A stretch of DNA of 63,342 nucleotides, the filler included. It is 4 parts of 4 records of this genome, joined end to end, with 100 filler letters (N's around TTAATTAATTAA, not from the genome) between each part and the next. Parts side by side here need not be neighbours in the genome. Positions count along the whole stretch, not along the records: positions 41,222 to 56,236 come from SRR20825006_2993; 3 more parts are not named here. One strand, 5' to 3'. A model generated the notes under the pieces. That model did not search any database. It was not told the DNA's origin and worked only from the letters and a program-made list of their open reading frames with translations. How positions within the stretch are numbered: position 1 is the stretch's first letter; each line of letters starts with the position of its first letter. Shown piece after piece: positions 41,222 to 50,635 of this stretch. Position numbers and translations under genes: made by a program.

Positions 41222-41740
41222 CGCCATTTCACGTGTCAGCCCCGAAAGGGCAGCCTTGGACGTGGAATAAGCCGATCCGGCAAACGGATGAACATAGTGG
41301 CCCGCGATCGAGGTGATATTACAAATCGCCCCCTTGCCGCGATGCAGGGCTGCGGCAAAGCCGCGCGACAAAGTCAACGGAGTAAAGAAGTTCAGTTCGA
41401 AGACATCACGCCATGCCTCGATATCGCCATTCAGGCAACCGAGCCGTTCTTTATACGGCGTCTTGGGCGATACCCCGGCATTATTGACCAATGCATGCAG
41501 CGGATCATCGCCAAGAACTTCGTTGGCCTGCTTGATGAAAAGCTCGACATCGTCGGGTTTGGAAAGATCGGCGGCAATATGAATGCCCTGAGCCGGATCA
41601 CGCGGGCAACTGGGCGGCGGAGCTTCACGTGAACAGCAAATCACCCGCCAGCCGCGCGCGGCAAAATAACCGACCGTAACATGGCCGATCCCCCGGCTTG
41701 CGCCAGTCAGGACAACGGTTTTCGGGGCAGTGGCATTCAT
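41222..41740 (-). CDS. SDR family oxidoreductase, 5' part
   Basis: TGASRGIG, LVNNAG, YSTSK. Confidence 0.9.
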
Positions 41741-41924
41741 TGGGTGGCTCTTTCAAATCCCGCGCGCCGAAGTGGCACATTATATCGTATCGTCATCTTC
41801 TTATAGCATTGCGATCCGTCGCAAGCACGCATCGCATCACGCGTTCCTATATAGGACGAAGGTTGTATCAAAACCAGTCAAACGGCTATGATCATTGTCA
41901 ATTAAGGAACGAACAGACAATCCG

Positions 41925-42638
41925 ATGTGCAGCCAATACCAGCTTATCAACGACATGAACGCGTTTCAGGCACAACTGGCCATCGACCTTAGCGATATCA
42001 TTCGCAAGGAAGCATCGGATTTTGCAGCCGACCGCGATGTAGACGGGCGGGATGCAGATCGACGAGATACCGAAAAGCCGTTGGAGGACGCAGACCAAGC
42101 CGCATTTGAAAGCCTGTCTGGCATTCGACGCCCGACCGATCCGGTGATTGTGATCCTGCCGGGTCAAAAGGCTGCCTCGCGCCGTTGGGGGTTAAGCGTT
42201 TCAACGCTGAATGCGCCACTGATCAATGCCCGAGCCGAAACCCTTGATCAGAAACCGACCTTTCGTCCCTTGCTGGATCGGCGTTGCCTGATACCAGCGA
42301 CAAGCTGGTTTGAATGGCGCAAGGACGGCAGGGTAAAGCACAAGACCCGCATCACCCTGCCAGATCATCAGCCAGTGCTGTTTGCCGGGCTTGAAAACGG
42401 ACGCGAGGCGGTCATCATCACCTGCGCCCCCGCACAGGCAATTTCACATATCCATGACCGCATGCCCGCCGTGATCGGGCCAAACCATATCGCCGGATGG
42501 CTTGATCCGGTCAACGGATTTGACGCCGTGCGTCACATGCTGGGCCCGGTGCCCAATCATGTTCTGGATTGGTGCGAAGAAGATGTCCCTGAAAAAACGA
42601 ATTCGCGAAAGCGAAAAGACCAGATCAACCTGTTCTGA
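41925..42638 (+). CDS. SOS response-associated peptidase (SRAP/YedK/HMCES family)
   Basis: Met-Cys start, INARAET, RRCLIPA..FEW, IHDRMP. Confidence 0.9.
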   Translation: MCSQYQLINDMNAFQAQLAIDLSDIIRKEASDFAADRDVDGRDADRRDTEKPLEDADQAAFESLSGIRRPTDPVIVILPGQKAASRRWGLSVSTLNAPLINARAETLDQKPTFRPLLDRRCLIPATSWFEWRKDGRVKHKTRITLPDHQPVLFAGLENGREAVIITCAPAQAISHIHDRMPAVIGPNHIAGWLDPVNGFDAVRHMLGPVPNHVLDWCEEDVPEKTNSRKRKDQINLF

Positions 42639-42662
42639 TCGGGACATCAGAGACTTTGTAAG

Positions 42663-42851
42663 TTATTCGCCATCCACATCGTTGGCGGCACATGGTGCTT
42701 CATTGCAATTGCTAACAGGGCCAGCAGCAACACCGGAATAGCTTGCAACCAAAGCGCCAAGATCGGGCAAGCCGACATTCTGACGGGTAAGTTCCCGGCT
42801 CAGATCCTCGGACATGGATGCGAAATCAATGACATCGCGAAGTGATAACAT
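42663..42851 (-). CDS. small hypothetical protein
   Basis: GGGG RBS-like site before MLSLRDVIDF; the longer ORF would run through a terminator. Confidence 0.5.
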   Translation of the reverse strand: MLSLRDVIDFASMSEDLSRELTRQNVGLPDLGALVASYSGVAAGPVSNCNEAPCAANDVDGE

Positions 42852-42972
42852 GGGATTTTCCCCTGCCAGACGTTTCTTCCACTGTTCTTTTATCGGGCGA
42901 AGGCCTCGTTGATCGGGCCGTCGTCTTTGTAAGATTTCAGTAACGGTGGCGGGTTTTGTTCGCAGACGCAAC

Positions 42973-43002
42973 AAAAAAGGCGCAAAAGACTGCGCCTTTT
43001 TT
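42973..43002. terminator. intrinsic terminator after the USP gene
   Basis: AAAAAAGGCGCA-aaagac-TGCGCCTTTTTT. Confidence 0.8.
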
Positions 43003-43064
43003 GTCATATACCAATGATCATACAAATAATCATCCGGATTTCAGGATGTTACGTGACCTATGGG

Positions 43065-43922
43065 TCAATGCATTATCCAAAGCGGCAAAGTGCATTTTGC
43101 CAGCATATCCTGTGTAACACCGCCAAGGATCATTTCCTTGAACCGCGAATGGCTGTAAGCGCCCAGCACGATGCTATCGGCACCGACCTTTTCTGCCTCG
43201 GATATCAAGGCATTAGCAACGTGCGACTGTTCGGGCAATTCGGACACCCGTGCCTCGACTCCGTGCCAAAGGAACTGTTCGGCCAATGCTTTGGCACAGG
43301 CACGGCCATGGGGGACTTCGCCGACACTGACGATGGTGACTTCCTTGGCCGTACGCAAAAGTGGCATGGCCGATGTCACGGCACGGGCGGCTTCCACTCC
43401 GCCATTCCAGGCAATCACGACTTTTTCGCCAACGGTTTCGGGTGTTTTTTCCGGCGCAACCAGCAACGGACGACCGGTTTCCATCAGGGCGGCATCAAAA
43501 GTAAGCGACGCGGCAGCTTCGCGCGGTTCGCGGCCAATGACCACAAGATCAAACAGACGACCACGTCGGGCAACGGTTTCGTCTTCGCGGCCATTGTCGC
43601 GCCGCCATGCACAGGTCGCCTGAAGATCGGCCATCGGAACGGCGGCCTCGGCAACGGCGGCGTCGTCACGCGCCGCATCATAGGCAGCACGCCCGCGGGT
43701 TTCACGGCGCTGGGTTTCGTTTTCAGCAGCCCGCATCATTTCTTCGATGATCAGGCCCGACATGCCTTCCCCGACAATCGGGATCGCATCTTGTGGTTCG
43801 GCGGCAACAAACAATGCCTCAAGATGTGCATCAAATCTTTTGGCCGTCCGGAACGCCAGATCCAGTACACGCTGATCAATGTTCGAACCTGCCACCGGGG
43901 CCAGAATTGTTCTTACTGCCAT
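43065..43922 (-). CDS. universal stress protein (tandem USP)
   Basis: IAWNG..EAARA, LGAYSHSR.KE.ILGGVT; GGAG RBS. Confidence 0.92.
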   Translation of the reverse strand: MAVRTILAPVAGSNIDQRVLDLAFRTAKRFDAHLEALFVAAEPQDAIPIVGEGMSGLIIEEMMRAAENETQRRETRGRAAYDAARDDAAVAEAAVPMADLQATCAWRRDNGREDETVARRGRLFDLVVIGREPREAAASLTFDAALMETGRPLLVAPEKTPETVGEKVVIAWNGGVEAARAVTSAMPLLRTAKEVTIVSVGEVPHGRACAKALAEQFLWHGVEARVSELPEQSHVANALISEAEKVGADSIVLGAYSHSRFKEMILGGVTQDMLAKCTLPLWIMH

Positions 43923-44036
43923 CGCACTCACTCCCGAGAATTGATGTGTCTTCCGACACGTGTGCCTTGTTGCGATCACTACAATGCGTCAAGACGTCAG
44001 AAAGGGACAGTCTGCAACCAGAAAACGCATCTTTCC

Positions 44037-44050
44037 TTGTTCAAGATCAA
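44037..44050. promoter_or_regulatory. putative FNR/FixK box
   Basis: TTGTT-CAAG-ATCAA, one mismatch to TTGAT-N4-ATCAA, about 115 bp upstream of the USP gene. Confidence 0.55.
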
Positions 44051-44244
44051 AACTTTTATAAAAGATCCCGTCCATGCATTGAAAAGGGGCTTTCCCCTAC
44101 GAAATGCTTAGGCGGAAAAAGAAACCAGTGTAACATCAAACCAATGCATTGCCGAATGCCGAAGATTAATCATCCTATATGGCTTATCGGTTTTAACGTG
44201 CCAGAAAATAGCCGGACTGACTTCGAGAATGGATACTGCCTGCG

Positions 44245-44550
44245 ATGCCCTATAAAAACTTGCATGAAAACGCTCGCGAGGCTGCCGAGTTCCTGAAAAC
44301 ATTGGGAAACGAGTGGCGTCTGATGGTTTTATGTTCGCTTGGAACAACAGAAAAATCAGTCAGCACGCTTGAAGGTGAACTGGGTATTAAACAATCTGCA
44401 CTGTCGCAACATCTTGCCCGTTTGCGCCGCGAGGGACTGGTCAAGACACGCCGGGAATCGCAAACCATCTATTATTCGCTGGCCAATCCCGAGATCATGA
44501 AAATCATCGTCGTGTTACAGGAAGTCTTCTGCCCGTCAGAAGAATACTGA
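44245..44550 (+). CDS. ArsR/SmtB regulator, BigR/SqrR-like
   Basis: RLMVLC, SQHLA.LR.EGLV.TRRE.Q.IYY, C-terminal FC. Confidence 0.88.
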   Translation: MPYKNLHENAREAAEFLKTLGNEWRLMVLCSLGTTEKSVSTLEGELGIKQSALSQHLARLRREGLVKTRRESQTIYYSLANPEIMKIIVVLQEVFCPSEEY

Positions 44551-44566
44551 TCAAACCTGCCAAACA

Positions 44567-44596
44567 AAAACGCGCGAACCGACATTCGCGCGTTTT
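44567..44596. terminator. bidirectional terminator
   Basis: AAAACGCGCGAA/TTCGCGCGTTTT between convergent genes. Confidence 0.75.
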
Positions 44597-44620
44597 GCAT
44601 TTTCAGAACAGCCTTCCACA

Positions 44621-45241
44621 TCACGGGAAAAGCTTTTGCAGGTTCCAGCCCTTATCCTCGGCATCGCGGGTGTAAAGCTGGCGATCATGCAGGCGGAACT
44701 TGCCTTCGGACCAGAATTCGATGCGATCAGGGATCAGGCGGAAGCCGCCCCAATGCTCCGGGCGAGGGACTTTGCCCAGCCCGAATTTGGCGGTGAATTC
44801 GGCAACCCGTTTTTCCAGATCGAACCGGCCACTCATCGGGCGGGACTGGGTTGACGCCCACGCGCCAAGCTGGCTGCCGCGCGGTCGGGATGCGAAATAC
44901 TCGTCGGACTCCACACTGTCGACCTTGGTCACCGCCCCCTCGATGCGAACGCATTTTTCAAGCGACTTCCAGTGAAAGCACAATGCGGCAAAGCTGTTTT
45001 CGGCAAGTTGATCGCCCTTGCGGCTTTCATAGTTGGTGTAAAAAACAAAACCGCGCTGATCAAAGTCCTTAAGCAGTACAATACGCGCCGAAGGCCGCCC
45101 GCGCGCATCTGCTGTCGCCAGCGTCATCGCATCCGGATACGGTTTCTCCTTGTTTTTCGCCTCTTTAAACCACACGTCAAAAAGATCGAACGGTACGGCA
45201 TGATCTTCATGCCCCATTTTTGGCGTATTTTTTTCGTCCAT
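44621..45241 (-). CDS. pdxH: pyridoxine/pyridoxamine 5'-phosphate oxidase
   Basis: AMTLAT, RIVLLK, FYTNYESRKG, IEFW...RLHDR. Confidence 0.97.
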   Translation of the reverse strand: MDEKNTPKMGHEDHAVPFDLFDVWFKEAKNKEKPYPDAMTLATADARGRPSARIVLLKDFDQRGFVFYTNYESRKGDQLAENSFAALCFHWKSLEKCVRIEGAVTKVDSVESDEYFASRPRGSQLGAWASTQSRPMSGRFDLEKRVAEFTAKFGLGKVPRPEHWGGFRLIPDRIEFWSEGKFRLHDRQLYTRDAEDKGWNLQKLFP

Positions 45242-45389
45242 TGGGGTCAGGATTCCTTTGATAGTTCAAAATCCGCACCAAATTCGAAAGATACGGGTTT
45301 TGGATATACGTGAAACGACGCAATCAAGATCGTTCCGTAGATACAGAACATATCGGTTGGGACAGGAAAGACAAGGTAGGCAAAAAAAT

Positions 45390-45866
45390 ATGAAATTTCG
45401 TCATATCGTAATCCCCGTCATGATGACCGCATTCATTGCCGGTTGTGCACAGGATCAAGGTCAGAAACAAACCGCAGGCACCCTTTTGGGCGCGGTTGGT
45501 GGTGCGGTTGCCGGTGCGCAGTTCGGCAAAGGCTCGGGACAGCTTGTCGGTGTGGCACTTGGTACACTGGCAGGCGCCTTTATCGGCAGTGAAGTCGGCA
45601 AGTCACTGGACAATGCCGACCGCGCGATCATGGCACAAAGCACGCAGCGCACCCTTGAAAGCGCGCCGACGGGCCAGACATCGACCTGGAATAACCCCGA
45701 TACCGGGGTTCGTGGCACGGTAACCCCGACCCGGACCTATCAGGAACCGAAAACCCAGGAATATTGCCGTGAATACCAGCAGACCGTCACCATCGGCGGC
45801 AAGCAGGAAGAAGCGTACGGCACCGCATGCCGCAAGCCGGATGGAAGCTGGGAAGTTGTAAACTGA
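45390..45866 (+). CDS. 17-kDa surface antigen / glycine-zipper lipoprotein
   Basis: IAGC lipobox, glycine zipper, W.NPDTG, CREY, GTACR.PDGSW. Confidence 0.92.
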   Translation: MKFRHIVIPVMMTAFIAGCAQDQGQKQTAGTLLGAVGGAVAGAQFGKGSGQLVGVALGTLAGAFIGSEVGKSLDNADRAIMAQSTQRTLESAPTGQTSTWNNPDTGVRGTVTPTRTYQEPKTQEYCREYQQTVTIGGKQEEAYGTACRKPDGSWEVVN

Positions 45867-45884
45867 CCTGCGCGAAACGACATT

Positions 45885-45923
45885 AAAAAAGCGGCGCGTT
45901 CCTTGCTAACAGCGCCGCTTTTT
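45885..45923 (+). terminator. intrinsic terminator
   Basis: AAAAAGCGGCGC...GCGCCGCTTTTT. Confidence 0.75.
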
Positions 45924-45968
45924 CATATCTGAGCCATGTCAAGGACAGCAATAAAAACAAATGCCTTC

Positions 45969-45994
45969 CTTGCAACAGCCAATACAGGCCTATA
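45969..45994 (+). promoter_or_regulatory. putative RpoH promoter
   Basis: CTTGCA-N14-CCTATA upstream of a DnaJ-class gene. Confidence 0.45.
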
Positions 45995-46034
45995 ATACAT
46001 TTATAGCGTTTCCCATTTTCCAACCGGTCAGGCG

Positions 46035-46964
46035 ATGCAGGATCCCTACAAGACTTTGGGCGTTGCCAAAAACGCCACCCAGGACGAAATCAAAAAAGCC
46101 TATCGCAAACTTGCGCGCGAATTGCACCCGGACGTCAATCCCGGTGACACCAAGATCGAAGAGCGGTTTAAGAAAGTTTCGGCCGCCTATCATCTTTTGG
46201 GGGATGCCGAACGTCGCAAAAAATATGACGCGGGCGAAATTGATGCCGATGGCCGTGAAACCGGCCCGTTTGGCCGTGGTGGCGGTGCGCGTTATAGCGG
46301 CCAGGCTGGCGGTGATCCGTTTGGTTTTTCCGGTGCCAATGCCGAGGATATCTTTGACGAGATTTTCGGCAAGGCTGGCCGCGGCGGCGGGGGCGGGGGC
46401 GGCTTCGGTGGTTTTGGTGGGCGCAGACAGGCCGAAAAGGTCAAAGGACCCAATATTTCCTATGAGCTTAGCCTTGATCTGGCCGAAGCCATTATCGGCA
46501 CGACCAAGCGCATCAATCTTGCCAGCGGCAAAAGCCTTGAAGTCCGCATCCCAGCCGGAAGCGAAGATGGCCAGACCCTTCGCCTGAAAGGCCAGGGAAT
46601 GACCGGCATGAATGGCGGGGAAGCGGGTGACGCGCTGATCAAGCTGCATGTCCACCCGGACAAGGTTTTCCGTCGCGAAGGCAATGACCTGCATTGCGAT
46701 CTTGCGATCAGTCTGGCCGAAGCAATCCTTGGCGGGTCTATCGAAGTCCCGACGATCAATGGCAAGGTCAGCATGAAACTGCCCGCCAACGCCAATAGCG
46801 GCACGAAATTGCGGCTACGTGGCAAGGGTGCGGCATATGACCGGGGTGACAAACGCGGCGATCAATATGTACATCTGACCGTCAAGCTGCCCGAAGATCG
46901 CGACGATGAACTGATCGATTTCGTACGAGAATGGTCGGAAAAACATCCTTACAAGGCACGTTAA
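46035..46964 (+). CDS. class II DnaJ chaperone (CbpA-like)
   Basis: J domain with HPD, G/F region, C-terminal domain, no zinc finger. Confidence 0.93.
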   Translation: MQDPYKTLGVAKNATQDEIKKAYRKLARELHPDVNPGDTKIEERFKKVSAAYHLLGDAERRKKYDAGEIDADGRETGPFGRGGGARYSGQAGGDPFGFSGANAEDIFDEIFGKAGRGGGGGGGFGGFGGRRQAEKVKGPNISYELSLDLAEAIIGTTKRINLASGKSLEVRIPAGSEDGQTLRLKGQGMTGMNGGEAGDALIKLHVHPDKVFRREGNDLHCDLAISLAEAILGGSIEVPTINGKVSMKLPANANSGTKLRLRGKGAAYDRGDKRGDQYVHLTVKLPEDRDDELIDFVREWSEKHPYKAR

Positions 46965-47071
46965 CACGGGTAGCCCGGCCACGCCCGATTGCGGCTTGAC
47001 CGGGCTCAAGACTCGCACCTGCTCTAACAGGCATTCTGCCTTTGCAGTTTTATCTGACAAAGGCAGAAGTC

Positions 47072-47485
47072 ATGAAACCCATTGCTCTTTCTACGATTCT
47101 GGCCGGTATCGCCCTGATCGGGTTGACCGCATTTGTCGGCACATCGCGCCCGACGCTTGAACTTTCATACACGAATGATTGCCAAGACAGCATCGATTGG
47201 CAAAACCGCCTTGAGGCCGAAGGTTTTGACGTTCGCGCCGCACAGGTCAGCAACCTGTCCCTTTCAGAACAACAGGCAATGATGATCACCCCTGCCGCGA
47301 TGCGCGATTGCAAGATCGGTCGGGTTGCGGGTTATAGCGTGATCGGCGAGGTCCCGTCTGGCGATATCGTTACACTTTTGCGGCGCAAACCGGCGGATGT
47401 TATCGCGCTTGCCCTTGATGGCCCGGCACAGGAAACCGTAGCGATCCATTATGATGGATCAGTCGAGCGGCGCAGGTCAGAATAA
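47072..47485 (+). CDS. exported DUF411-like protein with degenerate metal motifs
   Basis: W...L...GF.V and GY.V.G.VP..DI..LL..P pattern. Confidence 0.55.
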   Translation: MKPIALSTILAGIALIGLTAFVGTSRPTLELSYTNDCQDSIDWQNRLEAEGFDVRAAQVSNLSLSEQQAMMITPAAMRDCKIGRVAGYSVIGEVPSGDIVTLLRRKPADVIALALDGPAQETVAIHYDGSVERRRSE

Positions 47486-47751
47486 TGAAATATCTTTCGC
47501 GCTTGCGGCTTGCCTTTACCGGGATCGGAATGGTTGCGGTTGGCATTTTATGGGGCAGTGCTGCAATGGTCTGGTTGTCATTGCCCGGCGGCTCGCCGAC
47601 ATTCATGCCCGCAAACAGTTTGCTACCCGCACTTGCGATCAGCCTTGCGATCTTTGGCGGGCTCGGCTTTGGGGCCGCAGTTCTGACCGAACGATGGGAG
47701 CGCGAAACCCTGCGGAACCGATCACCCGACCCAGCACTGCCTCACAGCTAG
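47485..47751 (+). CDS. small 2-TM membrane protein
   Basis: TAATG coupling to the upstream gene; two hydrophobic helices. Confidence 0.6.
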   Translation: MKYLSRLRLAFTGIGMVAVGILWGSAAMVWLSLPGGSPTFMPANSLLPALAISLAIFGGLGFGAAVLTERWERETLRNRSPDPALPHS

Positions 47752-47773
47752 ATATAAAACGGTGGAAACGGTT

Positions 47774-48274
47774 TTAGGTTTTCCCCCGTCCAACCATGAT
47801 GATGTCCTTGTCCTGTTCACTTCCGGCAAAAGCATCGAACTGTCGGCCGATCTTTTTGAACACGGTCAGACAATGTTCAAGTTCTTCATCGGTAACATCG
47901 GCAAAAATCTGGGCGCGGACACCTTGTATGACCGCCTGAATCTGTCGAAGCGCCGGTTCGGCCTTTTCGGTCAGGTGAACCGTTTTTGCCCGCCGGTCAT
48001 CGGGGACTTCGCGCCTTTCGATCAATCCCTTTTCCTCCAGCCAGTCCAATGTCCGCACCAATGTCGGTCCCTGCACCCCGGCAATACGCGCCAGTTCCTT
48101 TTGCGTCAGGTCATGATCGGTCGTGCTGAGCCGAAACAGGATGATCCAGCGCGCCTCGGTCAGGATAAAGGGCGATAAACGCCGGTCGACTTCCGCACGC
48201 CATTGCCGGGCAAGCATGCCCAGCCAGAAACCGAACTGTTCACGCGATGCATTGCTATCTTTGGAAATTGTCAT
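47774..48274 (-). CDS. MarR family regulator, SlyA-like
   Basis: RQWR..D.RL, TQKELA...G...PTLVRTLD.LE, DRRAK. Confidence 0.92.
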   Translation of the reverse strand: MTISKDSNASREQFGFWLGMLARQWRAEVDRRLSPFILTEARWIILFRLSTTDHDLTQKELARIAGVQGPTLVRTLDWLEEKGLIERREVPDDRRAKTVHLTEKAEPALRQIQAVIQGVRAQIFADVTDEELEHCLTVFKKIGRQFDAFAGSEQDKDIIMVGRGKT

Positions 48275-48313
48275 GGGGGGAGATACCTGCAGGAGGTTTT
48301 TGATCCTAAACTT

Positions 48314-48333
48314 TTAGATAGATAGCTATCTAA
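48314..48333. promoter_or_regulatory. palindromic operator upstream of the MarR gene
   Basis: Perfect palindrome TAGATAGCTATCTA at 48319-48332, overlapping TTAGATAG-N4-CTATCTAA. Confidence 0.65.
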
Positions 48334-48489
48334 CGTCAAGGAAACCAAAGCCAAAAGACGCATCTTTCGCAGAACCAACCAGAACACGAAGAATCAGCCC
48401 CCTATCTCCCGCGGGCGGTTTCGCGTTACCATATGAAATATAATGCTTTCCATTCACTAATCATAATACAGGGCAAAATCAGGGGACGT

Positions 48490-49833
48490 ATGGAGCAATT
48501 CTGGAATCCCGACCAGCTCGTGATCTGGCTTGAACAGGCAGCCGCATGGGTGGACAACAATATCTTGCTGGTTCCGATCCTGTTACAGATCGGGGCATGT
48601 TTGCTGTCGGTGATCCCTGCCCTGTTGCTGCGCAGGCCGCTTTCGCGCCAACTGGCGCGCTTGCAAAACTGGCGGGCGCTTTTGCACTATGCCGGGTTCC
48701 GTCGGTTGCTGGCGGTTTTACCCGATCTGGCGTTTCCGATCATTCTGGTTCTGCTGATCTGGTTTATTGATGCGGTCGCGATACAGGCGGGGCTGCGGCA
48801 CAATATCCTGCGCCTTGTCGCAAGCCTTCTGAATGCGTGGATTTTCATCCGTCTGGGCACAGCGGTGGTGAATGATCCCGTCTGGGCCCGAAGTATCGCC
48901 ATCATCGCATGGGGGCTGGCCGCCCTTAACATTGTCGGCTGGCTTGATCCGGCAATTGATCTGCTGGACAGCCTTGCCCTTCATATCGGGCAGTTTCGGA
49001 TATCGGTGTTTGGTATCCTCAAGGCAATGCTGTCTTTGGCGATCCTGCTTTGGGTCGCGTCATTTGCCTCGCGCATTTTCGAACAACGCATCCAGAAGGT
49101 TCACCGCCTGACGCCATCGGTTCAGGTGCTTATGTCCAAGCTTCTGAAACTTGTGCTGCTGTCGATTGCGGTTTTGTTTGCGCTTTCGACCATCGGTGTC
49201 GATCTGACCGCGCTTGCTGTCTTTGGTGGTGCCATCGGTGTCGGCATCGGGTTTGGTCTGCAACGGATTGTCGCCAATCTGATCAGCGGCGTGATCCTGT
49301 TGCTGGACCGGTCGATCAAGCCGGGCGACGTGATTGCGATTGGCGATACATTTGGCTGGATTCAGTCGCTTGGCGCGCGTTACACCGCCGTTCGCACCCG
49401 CGACGGTACCGAATTCCTGATCCCCAACGAAGACCTTATCACCAATCAGGTGGAAAACTGGAGCCACTCGGACGTCAAATTGCGCCTGAAGGTTCCGGTC
49501 GGTATTGCCTATCGTTGCGATCCGCATTTCGCGATCAAATTGTGCAATGAAGCCGCAGCAAAATGTGCGCGCGTTCTGGATAATCCCGGCCCGAACACAC
49601 TGCTACGCGGCTTTGGCGATAATTCGGTCGATCTTGAAATCCGCTTCTGGATCACGGATCCACAAAACGGACGTGGTAATATCATCAGCGAGGTATTGCT
49701 CAATGTCTGGGATAGCTTCAAGGAAAACGAGATCGAAATTCCGTTCCCGCAGCGCGACCTTCATCTGCGCAGTTCCGATGGTACGGTAAATATCGAAATC
49801 CCCGGAAATGCCACAGAAAACACTGCCCGCTAA
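48490..49833 (+). CDS. MscS family mechanosensitive channel
   Basis: GAIGVGIGFGLQ, IKPGD.I, IPNE, FGDNSVD, IEIPFPQRDLH. Confidence 0.95.
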   Translation: MEQFWNPDQLVIWLEQAAAWVDNNILLVPILLQIGACLLSVIPALLLRRPLSRQLARLQNWRALLHYAGFRRLLAVLPDLAFPIILVLLIWFIDAVAIQAGLRHNILRLVASLLNAWIFIRLGTAVVNDPVWARSIAIIAWGLAALNIVGWLDPAIDLLDSLALHIGQFRISVFGILKAMLSLAILLWVASFASRIFEQRIQKVHRLTPSVQVLMSKLLKLVLLSIAVLFALSTIGVDLTALAVFGGAIGVGIGFGLQRIVANLISGVILLLDRSIKPGDVIAIGDTFGWIQSLGARYTAVRTRDGTEFLIPNEDLITNQVENWSHSDVKLRLKVPVGIAYRCDPHFAIKLCNEAAAKCARVLDNPGPNTLLRGFGDNSVDLEIRFWITDPQNGRGNIISEVLLNVWDSFKENEIEIPFPQRDLHLRSSDGTVNIEIPGNATENTAR

Positions 49834-49872
49834 AGTAATATTTCCAAGGTTTTTGCTTTAACAACCCCTCAT

Positions 49873-49890
49873 TCAGGTTGCTGTCAGGTT
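49873..49890 (+). promoter_or_regulatory. 11-bp-period direct repeat, OmpR/PhoB-family-type box
   Basis: TCAGGTT-gctg-TCAGGTT upstream of the hemolysin-like operon. Confidence 0.55.
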
Positions 49891-49934
49891 CCGGGCCAAG
49901 AATGCGCTATCAACGCAGTCGAAGGCCCAATGGC

Positions 49935-50633
49935 ATGCTTCACCTGAATTATAATGAAAATGGTTTCCCCGCCGCCAAGCTCAGCTTCCAGAAACGCGGT
50001 TTTCTGGATCATCTGCAGATGCGTGCCTGTGCCATTTCGGTGCTGACACTTCTGGCGACAGAACGCCCCGAAGTCGAAACATTCATCGCCAATATCTATG
50101 CCGATGCCTATGACGCCGCGATGCGCGTGCAATATGGCAGCCTGATGAGTGTCCGCGACGATGCCGGACGGATCGTCGCCGCCCTTGGTTTCCGGTCAGC
50201 CGGGCATGGGCCGCTGTTTCTTGAACAATATCTGCCCGCGCCAATCGAAGTGATCCTTGGTGTACCGCGCCATCAGATTGTCGAGATCGGCAATCTGGCG
50301 TCCTCGGGTGGTGGGGCGTCGTCCTTCCTGTTTGCGGCACTGTCTGCCTATCTGCACCATAACGGCTTTAAACAGGCGGTTGTGACCGGCACCGACAGTA
50401 TCGAAAAACGCCTGCGTAAAATGGGCCTCAAGCCCGTTCGCCACGCCCATGCCGATCCATCATGCCTGACGGAAAACGAAATCGACTGGGGCCGGTATTA
50501 CGACACGTGCCCGCATGTTCTGTCTGGTTCGGTCGAACATGGTTATCGCCGCCTTCAGACATTGCTGGGTGCAGAATACACCCACATGCGCCCGCGCCTT
50601 TATCCCCATCTGCAACATAACGGCCAGAAATAA
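49935..50633 (+). CDS. 'thermostable hemolysin' family (GNAT-like) protein
   Basis: AALG.R.A...LFLEQYL..PIE, R.QIVEIGNLAS, WG.YY..P.V. Confidence 0.88.
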   Translation: MLHLNYNENGFPAAKLSFQKRGFLDHLQMRACAISVLTLLATERPEVETFIANIYADAYDAAMRVQYGSLMSVRDDAGRIVAALGFRSAGHGPLFLEQYLPAPIEVILGVPRHQIVEIGNLASSGGGASSFLFAALSAYLHHNGFKQAVVTGTDSIEKRLRKMGLKPVRHAHADPSCLTENEIDWGRYYDTCPHVLSGSVEHGYRRLQTLLGAEYTHMRPRLYPHLQHNGQK

Positions 50634-50635
50634 TC

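Noticed and set aside
41896-41921. Possible LexA box before SRAP
   Set aside because: The GAAC copies are adjacent, not spaced GAAC-N7-GAAC.
49935-50633. Hemolysin toxin interpretation
   Set aside because: No signal peptide or pore-forming segments; embedded among enzymes.
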